A stretch of DNA of 64,000 nt, taken from assembly GCA_028534125.1 (NCBI GenBank), contig CM052816.1:20772001-20836000 (forward strand), in the 5' to 3' direction. Position numbers and translations under genes: made by a program. Below, one piece after another: positions 39,571 through 54,635 of the stretch (the stretch's first letter is position 1; each line of letters begins with the position of its first letter). The stretch comes from Lama glama (taxonomy: Eukaryota). The notes beneath the pieces were generated by a model. The model did no database searches and was not told the origin of the DNA. It saw only the letters and a list, made by a program, of their open reading frames with translations.

Positions 39571-40500
39571 GGTGTTAAATAAAGACATTTGAATTAGAAG
39601 AGATGCACTGAAAGTCTGATACCAGCCTATAACTAAAAGTGATAAATTATTTCAGTAAGAGTAGGGAGTGGAGGAAAGAGTAGTAAAAACACTCAAAAAT
39701 GTCATCTTATGGGGATAAGAGACGCTATAGAGAATACTGTATGAAATTAATAGTTGAGAAAGTTAAATATCTACTTATTCCCAATGTGACAAACTGATTT
39801 CTCCTGTTAAAAGCAGAGATGATCACATTGGCTTTGGAAGGGAGGGAGGGAAAGAAAACTAGCTATTACCTGTTTACAAGAAACACATGAAGCAAGGTGA
39901 GAATAAAAAGCTGAACTGAAAGGAGTGGGAATAGTGATGATAGGGGAACAATAAGATATGCATGGGTGTAATATTAATATCAGACAAGGTGAAATGTAAG
40001 GTTAAATGCACTAAACAGCCTAAGGAGAGATACTATGTGAAGATGAACAGCCAAGACATAGCAAACAACATAACTAAATACATAAAACAACAGTGATTTA
40101 AAATACAAGGAGAACTTGATTTAAACTGCACCTAAGTTGTACATACCGAAAAGACAAAATAATGGCATGGGAAAATTAATATGAGTAAGGAACCTGGTTT
40201 AATATAAAGGAACCCTTTCCTCTGCCAAAAAAAATTTTCCACAGGTTCATGTATCAGTAATTACAAAGAAAATTTTAACAAATTTTGTAACAGTCGATGT
40301 TATAGGCTACATTATCTGATAATTAAAATAATTAAAATGTGGCCTAATAAGGAAACACTCCTAGATAGCTGCTGATCAAAGAGGAAATTAAAAGGGAAAT
40401 TACAAACTGTCTCAAAAGCAACGAATACGAGACTCCTCTCAGCAAAACCTGTGGACACAGAGAACGCTGTGCACAAGGAATACTTGTGACTTAAAAGCCT

Positions 40501-41232
40501 GCTGGGGGGAATGCGGTTTGGTGCAGCCACTATGGAAAACAGTATGGAGATTCCTCAAAAGACTAGGAATAGACTTACCCTATGACCCAGGAGTCCTGCT
40601 CCTGGGCATATATCCAGAAGGAACCCTACTTCAAAAAGACACCTGCACCTCAATGTTCATAGCAGCACTATTTACAATAGCCATGACACAGAAACAGCCT
40701 AAATGTCCATCAATAGATGACTGGATAAAGATGATGTGGTATATTTATACAATGGAATACTATTCAGCCATAAAAAACAACATAACGCCATTTGCAGCAA
40801 CATGGATGTCCCTGGAGAATGTCATTCTAAGTGAAATAAGCCAGAAAGAGAAAGAATGTTACCATATGAGATCGCTCATATGTGGACTCCAAAAAAAAAA
40901 AAAGAAGAAGAACATAAATACAAAACAGAAAGAGACTCATAGACATAGAATACAAACTTGTGGTTGCCAAGGGGGAGAGGATTGGGAAGGGACAGACTGG
41001 GAGTTCAAAATTTGTAGATACTGACAGGCATATGTAGAATAGATAAACAAGATTATACTGTATAGCACAGGGAAATATATACAAGATCTTGTGGTAGCTC
41101 ACAGCAAAAAAAAAAAATCTGACAATGAATTTATGTATGTTCATGTATAACTGGAAAATTGTGCTCTACACTGGGATTTGACACATCATTGTAAAATGAC
41201 TATAACTCAATAAAAAAATGTTAAAAAAAAAA
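40501..41232 (+). mobile_element. 5'-truncated young L1 (~730 bp), sense to FSTL4
   Basis: ORF2 C-terminus [15 protein letters not shown]...[13 protein letters not shown] (ORF 40518..41024), 3' UTR, AATAAA at 41209 and an A tail. Imperfect TSD AAAAGCCTGC / AACAACCTGC at a TT/AAAA site. Confidence 0.92.
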
Positions 41233-44200
41233 CAACCTGCAGAGGAAGTATGTGTATTAAGAAATTAGAAAAAGAACAAAGTAACTGGCAGGAAGGAATT
41301 ATTTAGAAGACTGAAATTAGTAGAAACAAAACAAAGAACAAACAATAACTAGGAAACCCTTTGGAAATCTGATAAAGAAATGGACAATTGCTTGAAAAGT
41401 GCAGAAAAAAATGAACTGACCTAAGAAAAGGAAAACTTGAAAATGAACAATTACCTGAGAAGAGGTTTTTTAAAGATAAGCTCTACCACAGAAAAATGTA
41501 CAGCTGAGTTTTATCAAATATTCAAAATATAATTTCAGTATGATTTGAACTATCCCAGACCATAGCAGGGAAAATGTGCAGCTCCTTAGTATTAAAAATA
41601 GAGTCCAACAGTGCATCTAAATGCTCAAGCAAGGAAAAAATTCCTGGGAGGCAGTGATGGTTCCCTCTCAGGAAATCAGTCAACATTTTTTATAACACAA
41701 GCTAATTAAAACAGAAGAAAATTATAATATTTTCAATAAGTGCTAGAAAGGCATTTAACTAAATGCAGCAGCAGGCATTCTTAATAAAACAAACCTAAAA
41801 ACAGGAATAAAAGGAAATTCATAAACATGATGAAGACCGTTTCCTAGAAACCTAGATCAAATTTTACCTAAATGACAAAACACTAAAAGCATTTTAATTA
41901 ATAACAGGAATTAGACCATGCGGCTCACCATCACCATAATTGGAAAGTCTAAGAAAATGACTATGACAAGAAAATGAAATTGACTAAATAAACCTACCTT
42001 CATCTCTGTAGGCTAGGTAGGGTTCAGGAAACCACTGCTTGCAAAAGCTGCTCCGAGGAATGTCAGCAGGCACAACTTTGTGGTAAGCCATTTGGAAATG
42101 TGAACCAGAAGCCTCAAAACACCACCTCCAGTCCAGCAACCTGACATCACAGGCTGTGATCAGGGATGGAGACAAAGATTTAGCTCCAACACTGTGTTAC
42201 TGAATTGTTCATATTTACAAAACATTCAAAATAATATCCTACTGTTTCTAAATATCCAACACTAAAGAACTGGTTAAACAAACTTTGCTCTGACTACATG
42301 AAAGCAGGCCTATAAATGAGGCTCATTCCACCAAGGCTCTCCCCCAGGAGCCAGTGTTCGAACCTCTGGCATCTTCTTGAATCCTGCCCATCACACTCAT
42401 GCCACCTCACTCCCAGGCCCAGCTTTTAGCTGCCTCTCAGCCTGTCCCACTTGGTACTTTGTGCCCTGCCCTTCCGCAGCTGTCACCTCTCAGCTGTCTT
42501 CGTCCATCCCCCTGAAGCTGACGCTCAGACTTCCTCACCTCATGCTGATTACCACCTAACCCAATAAAATCTCCTGCTATCCAGCCACCAATGTGCACCT
42601 CCTGAACCAAGCCAAAGAGCCAGCAACTTTGAGAGGCTCAACAGTGATCTCTTGCTTACAAACGTGCCAAGCCATGTGCTAGGACACAGGCCAAGAAGGA
42701 ACTCGTGACTCACTAGAGAAACAAGGCTGATGAGCCCACATCAGTTCAATGGCCCATGACTACTGGGTTTTGATGAAGTAACCTCTGAATATAGGGTGTC
42801 AGAATGGTGAAGCGTGAATGACACTGACCGCTGACAGCCTGTAATTTTCCATCTCTGTTATAAGCTAAAATGACAGGCCTGATACCAAGCAATCATTGCA
42901 TGGCTTCTTGGAATTCTCTGGCATTTTCGCCCAGACTCTCTAAGATCCAGTTTCCTGATACTGATATGTTCTCAGTGCCCACTTCTGAGTTTTGTGCCAT
43001 GGACCTGCCGTGGAGGTGTCATTTGGCCATTTATTTTTTAATCACAGGAAAATAACCTAACTGTAGAGCTGCCCCAAGACTGAATATCACAGCCCTCATC
43101 ATTCTACTCCGGCATTCTGCCAGCTGACCCCCTGAGGGACACATGATTCAAAAAACTTTTATGACAAGACAAACAGCACCCGGCCTGCTTCCTAGGGCAG
43201 GTTTGAGGCTGGAGTAAGAGCCAGAAGGCAGTCCCACCCTTAAAAGGTAAAAAGCATCCAGAGCTCAAAGCCATGAGAGTCACAAAGTCCCACCAGACAA
43301 TGTCCTCAGCCTCAGGCTGCCAAAATCTGGATCCTTCCTTCTATATACACGGCCACAAAATGAAGATCAGGAAAAGCGTCTCACCTCCCTGGTCTGGGTC
43401 TGCCTCCTGTCCTGCTCAGAGGGTCTGGGCCTGCCCCTGGGGTGCTCCAGCCAAAACTGCCCACAAGCTGGCCAAGCCCCTTATCTGGCTGCAGGTCTGC
43501 CACCTTTCTGGGTGAGCGCCTGAGCTTGGAGGCTCAGAGCACATGCAGAAGGCAAGAGGTGTCTCTGGCCTGCCCGTGCCCAAAGCCTCACTGCTGATGG
43601 CCGGAAGCCCAGCCTGACTACAGGGGGCTTTCTGGCAGGACCTCCAAACCATTCTATTATCCTGTCTCACCTCAGACATCACTTGGCTCAGTTCTGGGCT
43701 GCCAGTGGGCCCTTCCCTAATACAGACACAGCAGGGACACACACCAAAGAACGGCTCAAGTTGCCTCCTGCCAAGATCACAGGGGAGAAAAAGTGTTACC
43801 TCCAGGAGAACAGAGGCAGCCATGCTCTGTCACTACAAATTTGTACAAAACACAGGACCTAATTCTTCACTTCTCACAGCAAGTCCCCTTTGTGAAACTG
43901 GAACCCTCCCCAGCATTCTAATCACAGGCATCTAAATGGCTGGCATCTCTGAAAGGATGCTGCCTTCTCTAATAAACGATGGAGTCAGTTGTCAGAGATG
44001 CCTCTGCGAGCAGGGTGTGACAGAGACGCTCAACAGCCCGGCACCAGGAGAAATACAGAACCAGTACACAATTCCACCATCTAACATTCTCGTTATTTCA
44101 AAGCTCGCTCTCTCTCTTCCCAGGGTGGTCTAGGTGTTGAGAAGATGGGATTACCTGTTGTAGGGGAACTTGTCTCTGAGCAGACATGTTTCCATTCTGG

Positions 44201-44533
44201 GGATCTTCAGAAGCCCTGACATGGTCCCTGCAAGTGTTCACTGCTATCACATCACAGCAGCTGACAATGTGCAGTCAGAGGCAGGCCTGGCAGAGCAGGA
44301 GGGAACAATGCAGGCGATGGCCCCTGCCCCAACCTTCCTCTCCCAGGAAGGATGGGCCCCTGCCTACGACATTCCCAAGCAGCTCCCACTCTGCTGCCCT
44401 CACCCCTTCCCTGAGACTGGCCTGCCCAGCGTCTCTCTCACAAGCAGCCTGTCTGCTGGGGTCTCCAGATGTCTGCGGGTTTGCAACCCCCTGCTTGCAT
44501 GGGCTCTCACAAGGACTCCCTTCTATGTGGTAG

Positions 44534-44644
<111 letters not shown>

Positions 44645-44979
44645 TAAGACTGCCCTGCAATGACCTAAGCTGCTCCTTGCCCCGGCTCAGCCCTGCATGG
44701 GGGAGCTTCACCCAGGAGGGCCCTGCTCCTTTTCAGTACCTCCCTCACTCCTTCTGGACTTCCTTTGGACCCCATCAGAAAGGGACAGAGAACTCGAACC
44801 ATCCCTAGTCCTTAACTGTTAAATTTAAGGAAGGTACCCAGCTCCTAATGCCCTCAGGGGCCCAGTGAGGTCAGGAAGTCTCATCCTTGGGTGAAGACAG
44901 TAGAGGAAAGAAGGAAACAGCTGTGGCTAGTTGAGTCCCTCTCCTTGCTTGATGTAAAAAACTAGCAGAGGTGGTCTCA

Positions 44980-45085
44980 AACCTGTTTTATAGATGAGGA
45001 AACTGAAGCTCACAGAAGTTGACACTGGCCGAAGTCACACAGCCCGAAACTGGCAGAGTCAGGCTAAATGCAAAGTCAGCTCTCC
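44980..45085 (-). mobile_element. MIR SINE fragment
   Basis: CCTGTTTTATAGATGAGGAAACTGAAGCTCACAGAAGTT...AAGTCACACAGC. Confidence 0.7.
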
Positions 45086-46667
45086 TTTCAGTGCCCCATC
45101 CTGCCTCATTCTCTGCTAAGCACAACCTGTGGTTCCTCTAGGAGTCCCCAGAGTGGCGACGCAGGGGGCCCACAGGGAAATGAGGCTTCCTGGGTGCCTG
45201 CTTGGCCACCATCCAGAAGAACAGCTTAATAATGACAGCTGTGGCCTCAGCTGCAAGCCTTGTCCCAGCCTGGCCTCTCCCCTCCCCTCATCACTTCAGA
45301 GAACCCTGACACTTTCTGTAAAGGCACCACTGCCAGAAGACTGAGCGGGCCCTTCTATAAAGTCATCAAGACCCAAACATCTTGTGGCAGTATTTATGCC
45401 TTCCTTTAATCTGACATCAAGCACCTTTTCCCAAGGAGGAAATGGCTGATTTTTGCGAGCTCAAGCTGAACTTGTAAAAACAGGACTCTCCCATTTATCC
45501 TTGCCCAAGAGAGAGAATAACCACTTTATGACCTCCCTGTCTCACTGCAGAGAATAGCTAGGGAGCAGCCTCTAAAAGGACTGTAAATGGTGGAACCCTC
45601 TCAAAGCAGCTGGATTCAGCTAGGAGTAGTGCAAACCCAGCTCTGCAGAGCCTGCACGTGGCTTTGACATTACGGTTCCTTATAGTGTGCTCTTTCCTTG
45701 CTCTGGCTCTTTAAAGATATTTTAAAGATGCTGTAAAGTGGGCATTTTCCTCACTCTGAGGTGCAGTTAGTTAGTCAAGAGAAAACAGTGGAGGAGATTC
45801 TTCTCTACTCCTGCAGGTGTACATATCACCCAGCGGTCTCTGTGAGCAAGGGATGTAGGCAGAGCCTCTTACAATTAGAGGGAAGTCCTGCCCGGAGTCA
45901 GGCCCTTCTGCAGCTCGCAACCAGCCCCCAAAGAGGAATTTCACAAAGTCCAGGTGTGAGCAGCTACCACCCACTGGGCTCTGCCACTAAAGTTCCCTCT
46001 TAGATTGAATCCTAACAACAGCCCTTGGAAGGAACGACCCTCTTCAGATTTGCAGAGGCTCTGGAAGCCAAGCCACGTGCCCCGTGGCTTGGCTCTGCTA
46101 GCGGGGAGCTGCAGCAGCACCGAGCTGTCCTCAGCCCCAGCCCAGGGAAGAGGCTGCCCTCATGTTCCTCTCCCAGAGCAAGAGAGCACCGTTAGGACAT
46201 CTGTCCTTGTTCCACTGCATCTGCATCCCCAGATTCTGACTCACCAGTTAGTCCAGAAAACAGCTCGGATATAGGCTCACCTGTCCTGTCCTCCTCGCAG
46301 ACAGAGTCAGGGAAGGCAGCCCTGGTCCTTTGCCTCCAGCCACAGGCCCACCACTTTCCAGCTGGCACAGGGCATCAGGAAAACCGAAGCAAAGGCACGC
46401 CAGAGGGAGAAGCCGCTGCAGGCAGTTTTGCCCTCCTCCTCTACCATTTCTGAAGATGCGTGCATGTTACAAGAGCATCTGTCCAGGAATATGTTGTAAC
46501 AACTGCACTTGGTTTGAGATCTTGGATGAATCGCTTATGAGACCATCCCCTGCAGAGTGGTAGATCTGATTAATAGGCTGTTGGATCACTGAAGGATTAT
46601 GATAAAGGGAGCAGTTGTTTAAGACAAATGACAGATCCCCTACCCAAAAAGGCCTCCCGACCTCTGA

Positions 46668-47393
<726 letters not shown>

Positions 47394-49995
47394 AGCAGCC
47401 ACAGAGCACCACCCCGTCCTGACACCGAGCCCCGAGCAGACGCCCTGTACATTTTCACAGACAAAAGCAAAAACCTGTCTTCGCTTTGTGGTTCAACACT
47501 GGTCTCCCTGCAAGTTTGCTAGTATAAGGTACGCGCTGCTAATGAAATCGGGGTTTTTCGTTAAGAAGTATGATTTCTGCCTTGAGCTACGATGAGAACA
47601 TGCCACCGTGTAAAGGAATCATTTCTGCGCCCAGCCACGCACCACGTTATCTGGGCTGCTGGGGAACCAGGAAGGAACTCCTGCTTCCCAGGCTGACGCT
47701 TCTCTCGGTTGCCTTCGCATAGTCATTCTCCTTTCCCGCCGGGTCCTGCCAGACTTTACCCTGATGGAGGGGCCTGAAACCGGGCCTGGAGTCACAGGCT
47801 CCCCCCAGGAGCAGCGCTTTCCCTCCTGGCATGAGGGCCGCAGCCACCCTCTTTCTGGACCTCATTTTCTCCTTTGCAGCTGCTTCTCGCTTTTCTTTCC
47901 ATCTGACTTGTTGTGAGCCTGAGGGAGCACCAACAAGACTTACTGCATCTTGGGGAATGGGGAAATCACTCACTTTATTTTGGAAATTTTGATTAAAAAA
48001 TAATTTTTTATAGTCTCCAATGCTAATAAGCAGAAAGACGCTCTCCGAGGTCCAGCTGTATTCTTCCCTGCCTTAGGTCACGTCTCTGTGTCACCACCCC
48101 ACAGCCAGAAAGAAGACTGATGGTCATCGAAAGATGGAGGTCCTCTGCACCCGGACACCCCCAAGTGCAGATCAGGCCACAACATTGGTAAAGACTGCGT
48201 TCTGGGTTGGGTCCGCATGAGACCAAGACCAACCCCAATGTGCCTGCTTTTACCACTGAAGGGGGACATTTATCAGCCAGGCCCAGGACGCCAGATTCAG
48301 GGTGTGGGTGGCCTGCAGAACAGTGCCCTCCAGGCTCAATGCAGAAACCCCAAGGATACAAGTGGGGTCCAGGCAGGTTCCTTAGGGTGTATCTGTTTTA
48401 AAACCCAGTTTCCTTTTCGCCTGTCCTGTGGCCCTGCATCATCATGGCACAGACAGCACATCTGGGTCCCTCTCTCCCCAGTAACACACACTCCAGAAGT
48501 CAGAATCAGAAGGACGCGGGCTGGCACGGGTGCATTATTCCCAAATGTCTCAGGCTGTGGCGGACTCCCCAGTGGGCATCCAAGAAGTACAATTTAACAA
48601 CTCTGTGAAGACAACCTGTGTTGGAGAATCTCAGCAAGGAGAGGCTCTCTTGGGCTCTCCGAACATCCCATTTCTTCTCAGGCACAGCAGTGGCCAAAGC
48701 ACGCTTACATGCTTTCCGACTTGTATAATCATTGTTCACGCTGCCATGAGTGGGAGAAGTGGTCCCATCACAGACATGGTAGCAAGTTGAGTTGCCTTCA
48801 TTTGCCAACATGGCCAAATGTTCCTGTGCTGCTGAGGAATGGCCCCTCTCAGGGAGAGGAAGACCAGAGACCCTGTCTCACTGGAAATACACATAACTGC
48901 TCCTCACTCCCACCTAACTACCCAACCCCCCTCCTTCCCCCACCCCCAACAGATTTCCTGAGATCAGCCAGTCCTCTGGTGTGTCTCATGTATCTTGGTC
49001 CACCAAACTCTTGTCCCCTACAACTCCCGAGAGTGTGCCTAGATGTGTATATTCATATTTTAGGTTTTTTAAAGTAAAACATGTAAATACAAGTTGAGGA
49101 AACTGACCTCAAAGCATATTTAGTTTCACAGTGACTGCGATAGGCGGAAAACAATCTTACCTTTTTTTTTTCTCCCCATTCTTGCCTCAATCCCTTGACA
49201 CATTACTTCCAAACTCCTACTGCTATCACTGAAACTCTCCAAGTTTCACAAGCTTCTCCATTTGAAACAATCTTCTAAATCGTCTGGCAGCCCCTGGAAG
49301 AAAATCAAAGTCTCTGAGCCTAGCAGAGGAAGAGCCCACCAGCTGCCAGGCCAGAATATCAGCCCCCTGGGTTGCAGGATTCCTGAGTACAAGACCAGAC
49401 CAGCCCCCACTGGCCATTTACATTGGGAGTGACTTCAGCAGTACCTGGTTCCTTTTCCACTACTCCTTCCACTTCTGAGTGTGTCTGGATAGTGTATCTG
49501 CCCCTCGCTGTTTTCTCTGTGCAGCTATGAAGCTGGAGACGGACCCTTGAGGTCTTGCTGCCAGCATCTCAGACACAACTAAATAGGACCAGGGAATCAC
49601 GGGCCTGAAAACTGAAATTTGCAAATCCACAAAGGTAGGAAGGTAAATGTTTTTCCAGCAGTGTAACCAACAGAACTGCTTGGGTGGGAGGCAGGAGACT
49701 GGCTGGCCAGCACGCTGCCTGCTCCTTCCTCCCACACGTCAGCCCCAGAAGAGGCTCATGGAACACAGTTTGAAAGCCCCTGGTGTGCAAAGTCATGATG
49801 ACAGCTGGGCCTTGAAGCAAACCCAGCCAGTGATCCTTCTGATGAACACAAGCGACCAACTAACTACTGTTATTTCACATTAAAGAAATGTTCCCTTTAC
49901 CAAAAGAATCACCCAAAAAGAATCACCACTCACGTAATGAACTACTCCAAAATTTCTGAATTTTCAAATAAAATTAGTTCCACAAAAATTCAACA
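47394..49995 (+). other. FSTL4: FSTL4 3' UTR (to the first strong poly(A) signal; may extend to ~52920)
   Basis: Repeat-poor sequence after the stop; ATTAAA at 47992-47997, AATAAA at 49967-49972, Pumilio-type TGTAAATA at 49082-49089. The 3' end is inferred. Confidence 0.65.
49967..49972 (+). terminator. Candidate poly(A) signal AATAAA
   Basis: Canonical hexamer with a GGT(T)n tract about 25-40 nt downstream. Confidence 0.6.
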
Positions 49996-52891
49996 TAGGT
50001 TTTTTTTTTTAGCTTAAACACACAAGTAATCTACACCTATGACATTAAGGATTTTAAAAGGAGGCCTTCATTGTTCTGCCCAAGTGAGCAGGACTCTGCC
50101 TGCATAGAGGTGCTGGGTCCAAAAGCCCGCCCAGACACCCATAGATTGATGGTATGAAGAGGGATTGGTCTGCTTCTAGACAACTGCATGAACTTTCTAC
50201 ACGAGAAGGCTGGGTTGTAGACCACACACAATGAGGCAAATGCCGTCATCCCAGCCCCAGCAACCGTGACCCAGCAAGCCCTGCCTGGGGCTGGCGCAGG
50301 CTCCTTTCTTGAGTCTCCAAGGCATTTGGGGGTCCCATTGCCTTCTCTCAGCCCCCAGAAGTAGCCAGAAGAGCCCTGTAAAGTCTTAGCTGGGCCCACA
50401 CTAATACCAAGCTTCCGGTCCTTTGACCTAGAGCTCACATCACTGGAGACAGGAGCTCAGTCCCTGCAATTCCCACTCCATCCCGGCCATCTCCCCTCCT
50501 CCCAGCTCCAGGTAGGCACCCAGGACAGCTCTCAAGCCCAAATAAAGCCAAGAACCACCTGCTACCCTGGGGAATTGTAACCGCTGAGTCTTCATGGAGG
50601 GAAGCAGCCTGGGGTTGGCTTCGTGCAGCCACTTCTTTTCTGTTGACCAATAACCTGTGAACTAATGGAGATTTCAGAACTGAGATATGAAACAGATTCA
50701 TGCTGGATATATTTTTCTACAAGGGGCTTAAAAAGTAATTGATTCATTTTTCACAATGTGTTTCATTCATATGCCATGGATGCCATACCATCTTCATTAC
50801 CAAATCCCACAACTCACTCCCCTATCCTCCTCTTCAGAAGCCAGCCTCTTTGAGCATTCACACTGCTCCTAACTCCCTCCTATGCATCCACCAATATACC
50901 TCACATCTGTCTCCCTGCACCCAGCACCCCTGGAATGTGGCCCCTGTGCCAGGCCAGAGAGGTGACATAGGATGACAATGATACTGACAAAGTCCTTTGC
51001 CATCCTCCCCTACCCAGGACCCTGGGTACCACTCCAAGTGCAGTCAGAACCCATTGGGACTCAGCTCCTTGCTGCCCAGAATCACACCCCCAAACCCTAG
51101 CTCACAGCCCTTTGGAGTTAGGTGATCAAGACTAGAGAGAACTCACAACTGTCAGGGAAGTCAGCTATTATCAGAAACTATCAGACAGGAATACAGACCA
51201 TGACATCTCAGCCAAGCCTCGTCCGTTAGAGGGTCTGAGCTACACCTCCATCCACTCCCACTCTGTTCTCTGCCTTTCCTGCTCCCTTCCTGTGCCTTGG
51301 GCCTCCTGCTCATGAGCCACTCCTACAATTCAAGGGGCAACTCACCTGACCGCCACACCAGCCCCCCGTGGCCTTTGCCATGCTGCTTCCTTACTTTGGG
51401 GTACAAGTGAGAAGTCATTCGTAGGGCCATATGCTTCTATTTGCTCTCAGAATGGCACAGAGGCAAAGTAGTTCTCTTCAAGAAAGTCACTAGCTGCCTT
51501 GATTTCTCTCCAGAATAATAGAGATCATAGAACAGAGAGGCTTCAAAGATTCAAGGAAGAAATATATAGTGCCTGTCCCCAAGGTGTGACTGCAAGACCC
51601 CAAATACCTGGTGGAATGCCACCCACTCCTGCTTTTGTCTACATCAGATTACAGGCCAAGCCACTCGAGTATTTGAAAATTTTCTCTGAGCCTTCACAGT
51701 TTAGGCACCAGCCACCCAGCAGACACCGGGAGCCCAGCAAGCATGGTCTTATGCATCCTTTGGACCTGTGAACAGCAGTGGGAATTTAACCAAACACAAT
51801 GTGTGAAGTTATGGAAGGTATAAGGAGAGTGGGGATTGACCTGCAAAATTTCACAGTGAGGCTTCTTTAGCCAGCACGAGAGGATTGAACACGTGCTTGT
51901 TTTTTTGGACACAACCACCATTCACACACCTCTTTACAACTCACCTTGACTAATATGGGGCCATCCCTTTACCCTGTAACCCCAGAAAGCAGGCCATGCA
52001 CTACAGAGCTGTAAAAGGCACAGCCTACCCTCCACAGCATAACTGCTGACCTGCCCCTCCACCCAGCCTGGTGACACACGACTCCCCACCTGTCACCATG
52101 GCAGGATCAGATAACGCTGCCCCCCTGGGGATACCCTCTTCAAGATCAGAGCTGTGTTTCTGAGGAAGGCCACCAGTACTGGTTGGACATGGGGCACAGG
52201 AGCTCTCAAATGAGAACATTTCCTAAATCTAAACCTTCATCTACTGCCCAGCATGACATCTGCCATAGCTGTGCTACTTCAGCTGCTTCAGAGAGGTGAG
52301 GGACAGCAGTCTGCAAGCCCCCGACCCACAGCACACCCTCTGTGGTGCCCCCAGCCCACACCCTGACTTCCCCATCCCCATTTCTGGCCTGGCCCCTCCA
52401 CACCCCACCATTCCCTCCGCCTGCTGCTCATACTTCTGAAGGCAAGGCATGGAGTTTTGCTGCGGTCGTCACACACACTGTGTTCACACAATAGTGAACA
52501 ACCCTCAAGACATGAAGTCACACACACACACACCAGTTGTCCAGATCTCTGATATCGAGGCAGATTACATTATTTTGAGCAGTTGTGTAGACTCCAAAAT
52601 ATATTTTCTGTAATCACTGGTTTTTCTCAAAAGGCCTCCTGTAATTACTATACATGTGAATTTTTCCTTATTTATAAGATATATATAAATTATTTTTAAT
52701 ACATCAACTTTAGTAGAAATTTGTACCAACACAGTAACTGTATGTGACATCAGAAATAAGTTTGTGTTTACTTTGATGTATTGCACAGTATTGGACACGC
52801 CATGTATTTGCAGGACCACTTGATATGAAGACAATTCACAGATTATCATAAAGTATTGTCATTGTAAATGCTCTTTTTCTGAGGATTTTAC

Positions 52892-52897
52892 AATAAA
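52892..52897 (+). terminator. Candidate distal poly(A) signal AATAAA
   Basis: Ends a ~330-nt AU-rich block with upstream TGTA motifs; followed by U/GU-rich TTTTTTGGTGCCAGTCTGTT. Confidence 0.6.
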
Positions 52898-53412
52898 ACT
52901 TGAGAAAAGTTACCTTTTTTGGTGCCAGTCTGTTCGCACTTGTTAAAGTGAAAAATGATTAAGGCAGGACTACCGGGGGTCCTTCTCTATTGTCATTATG
53001 GGTCCTTGATGGCCAAGGTGAGATGGCCCCTGCTGTGGCCCAGTCCAAAGAGAGGCTGGACGAAGGCAGGCACCAACTCCACAAGTCTCTCTTCCCCATG
53101 CTGAAGTTTCAGCTCCCAAAATGCACAACCAACATCTGGTTGAAAACTTCTCATCACCTGCCCTGCAGGCCCTTAAAATCTAATCCAGTCCTCAGACTCT
53201 AATTGGTTCTTGAGTCCAGTCACTCTTGGTTCTCACTGGGACAGACTTTCCAGCTAGGATGTAGGATGTATCAAGTGCTCAGTAATCACCAAGCTACTGA
53301 TGTGAAGCACCTGCTATGTGCCAGCATGGCGCCAGGTAGGGGGACAGAGGACAGGACAAAGGAGACACAGCCCCTGCCCTTGGTGAGCTTCAAGGCCACT
53401 GCACCATGATCA

Positions 53413-53844
53413 TTATTTAGTGTAGGTTCTCCAGAGAAACACACACTGTGTGTATGTGTGTGTGGTGGGGGAAGCCAGGGGGAGAGGAAGATACATCTCA
53501 AGGAATTGGATCGTGCAATTGTGGAAGCTGGAAACTCCAAATCCAAAGGGCAGGTGGACAGTTGGAGACCCAGAGAAAAGTTGCAGTTTGAGTCCAAAGG
53601 CAGTTTGTTTGCTGAATTTCCTCTTCCTCAAGGGAACTCAGGCTTTTTCTGTTAAAGCCTTCAACTGATTGGATAAGTCACACCCACACTATGGAGGGTA
53701 ATTTGCTTTACTCAAAGGCTACCGATTTAAATGTTAATCTTATTAACAAAAAATACTCTCACAGAATCATCTAGAATAGTGTTTGACTGAGTATCTATTT
53801 GAGTACTGTGGCCTAGCCAAGTCGACACAAAATCAACTATCACA
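53413..53844 (-). mobile_element. ERVL solo LTR (MLT2-like)
   Basis: GGTTCTCCAGAGAAACA start; CCTTCAACTGATTGGAT, TACTCAAAG..ACCGATTTAAATGTTAATC; GGCCTAGCCAAGTCGACACAAAATCAACTATCACA end. Reverse-complement similarity to 60243-60566. Confidence 0.85.
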
Positions 53845-54635
53845 ATGACATATACAAGACGCTGCTCCCCCTCTCCTGAGGGAGTAACCGCTATGCGCCC
53901 CACTCTGTGATACGCACTTAATAAGCATCTGTTTTAAACCTTACCACACCGTCAGCATGGCAGGAGGAATTGTTATCATCTCCATTCTATAGACAAGGAA
54001 ACAGACTCAGAGCCACAATTCAAATCCAAGTCTACAAGACCCAAATACACACTCTTAAACCATTAAACCTGCTCCCTGCAATACCCACCTTGACAAAAAG
54101 TCTGAACCACAGCTGCTCCTGCCTCACTTCCTTGCAGGGCAGTGCCTGGATGGTAGAGGTCATGTGTGGTAGGGGTTCTGCTCTACTCTAATTTCTGTGA
54201 AGAGAGCTAACTGCCCAGACCAGCCCTGAAGATCTGGGGTCCGGCCAGTCCCCTCAGGCAAGAAGAAGTGCATCTAATTAGAAACCAAAAACTCTCAGTA
54301 GAAAGCAGACAGCAATAGTCAATTTGCTCACTGCCCACAGAGGCTGGGCTCAGCACTGCACCGCCCCTGGATTTCTACGTTCTGCTCACAGGCCCCAGGA
54401 CACCAGGTGTTGGGACTAGGGGTTGAGGGGGGAGGAACAGCAAAACTGCAGCCCGCTACAAGACCCACCCCAAACAGGTGACAGAAGCTTCTAGCCTATC
54501 CAGTGTTACACCAGTTCCCTCCCAGCCCGGCTGAAACGAGGCCATTCAGAGAGAGGCAAAGTGCTTGGTCCTAGCTCCCACACGCCCAGTTCCGGGAGAT
54601 GGAGCAGGAGGGCAGGCTCTCCAGCTCCACCCATA

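Larger units (their letters stand above)
38700..42300 (+). mobile_element. Very old, highly decayed L1 in sense orientation (host of the younger L1 at 40501)
   Basis: A-rich sequence with remnants in ORF1/ORF2 order (TAATATCAGACAAGGTGAAATGTAAG; AAACCTGTGGACACAG; TCAATAAGTGCTAGAAAGGCATTTAA). Confidence 0.6.
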
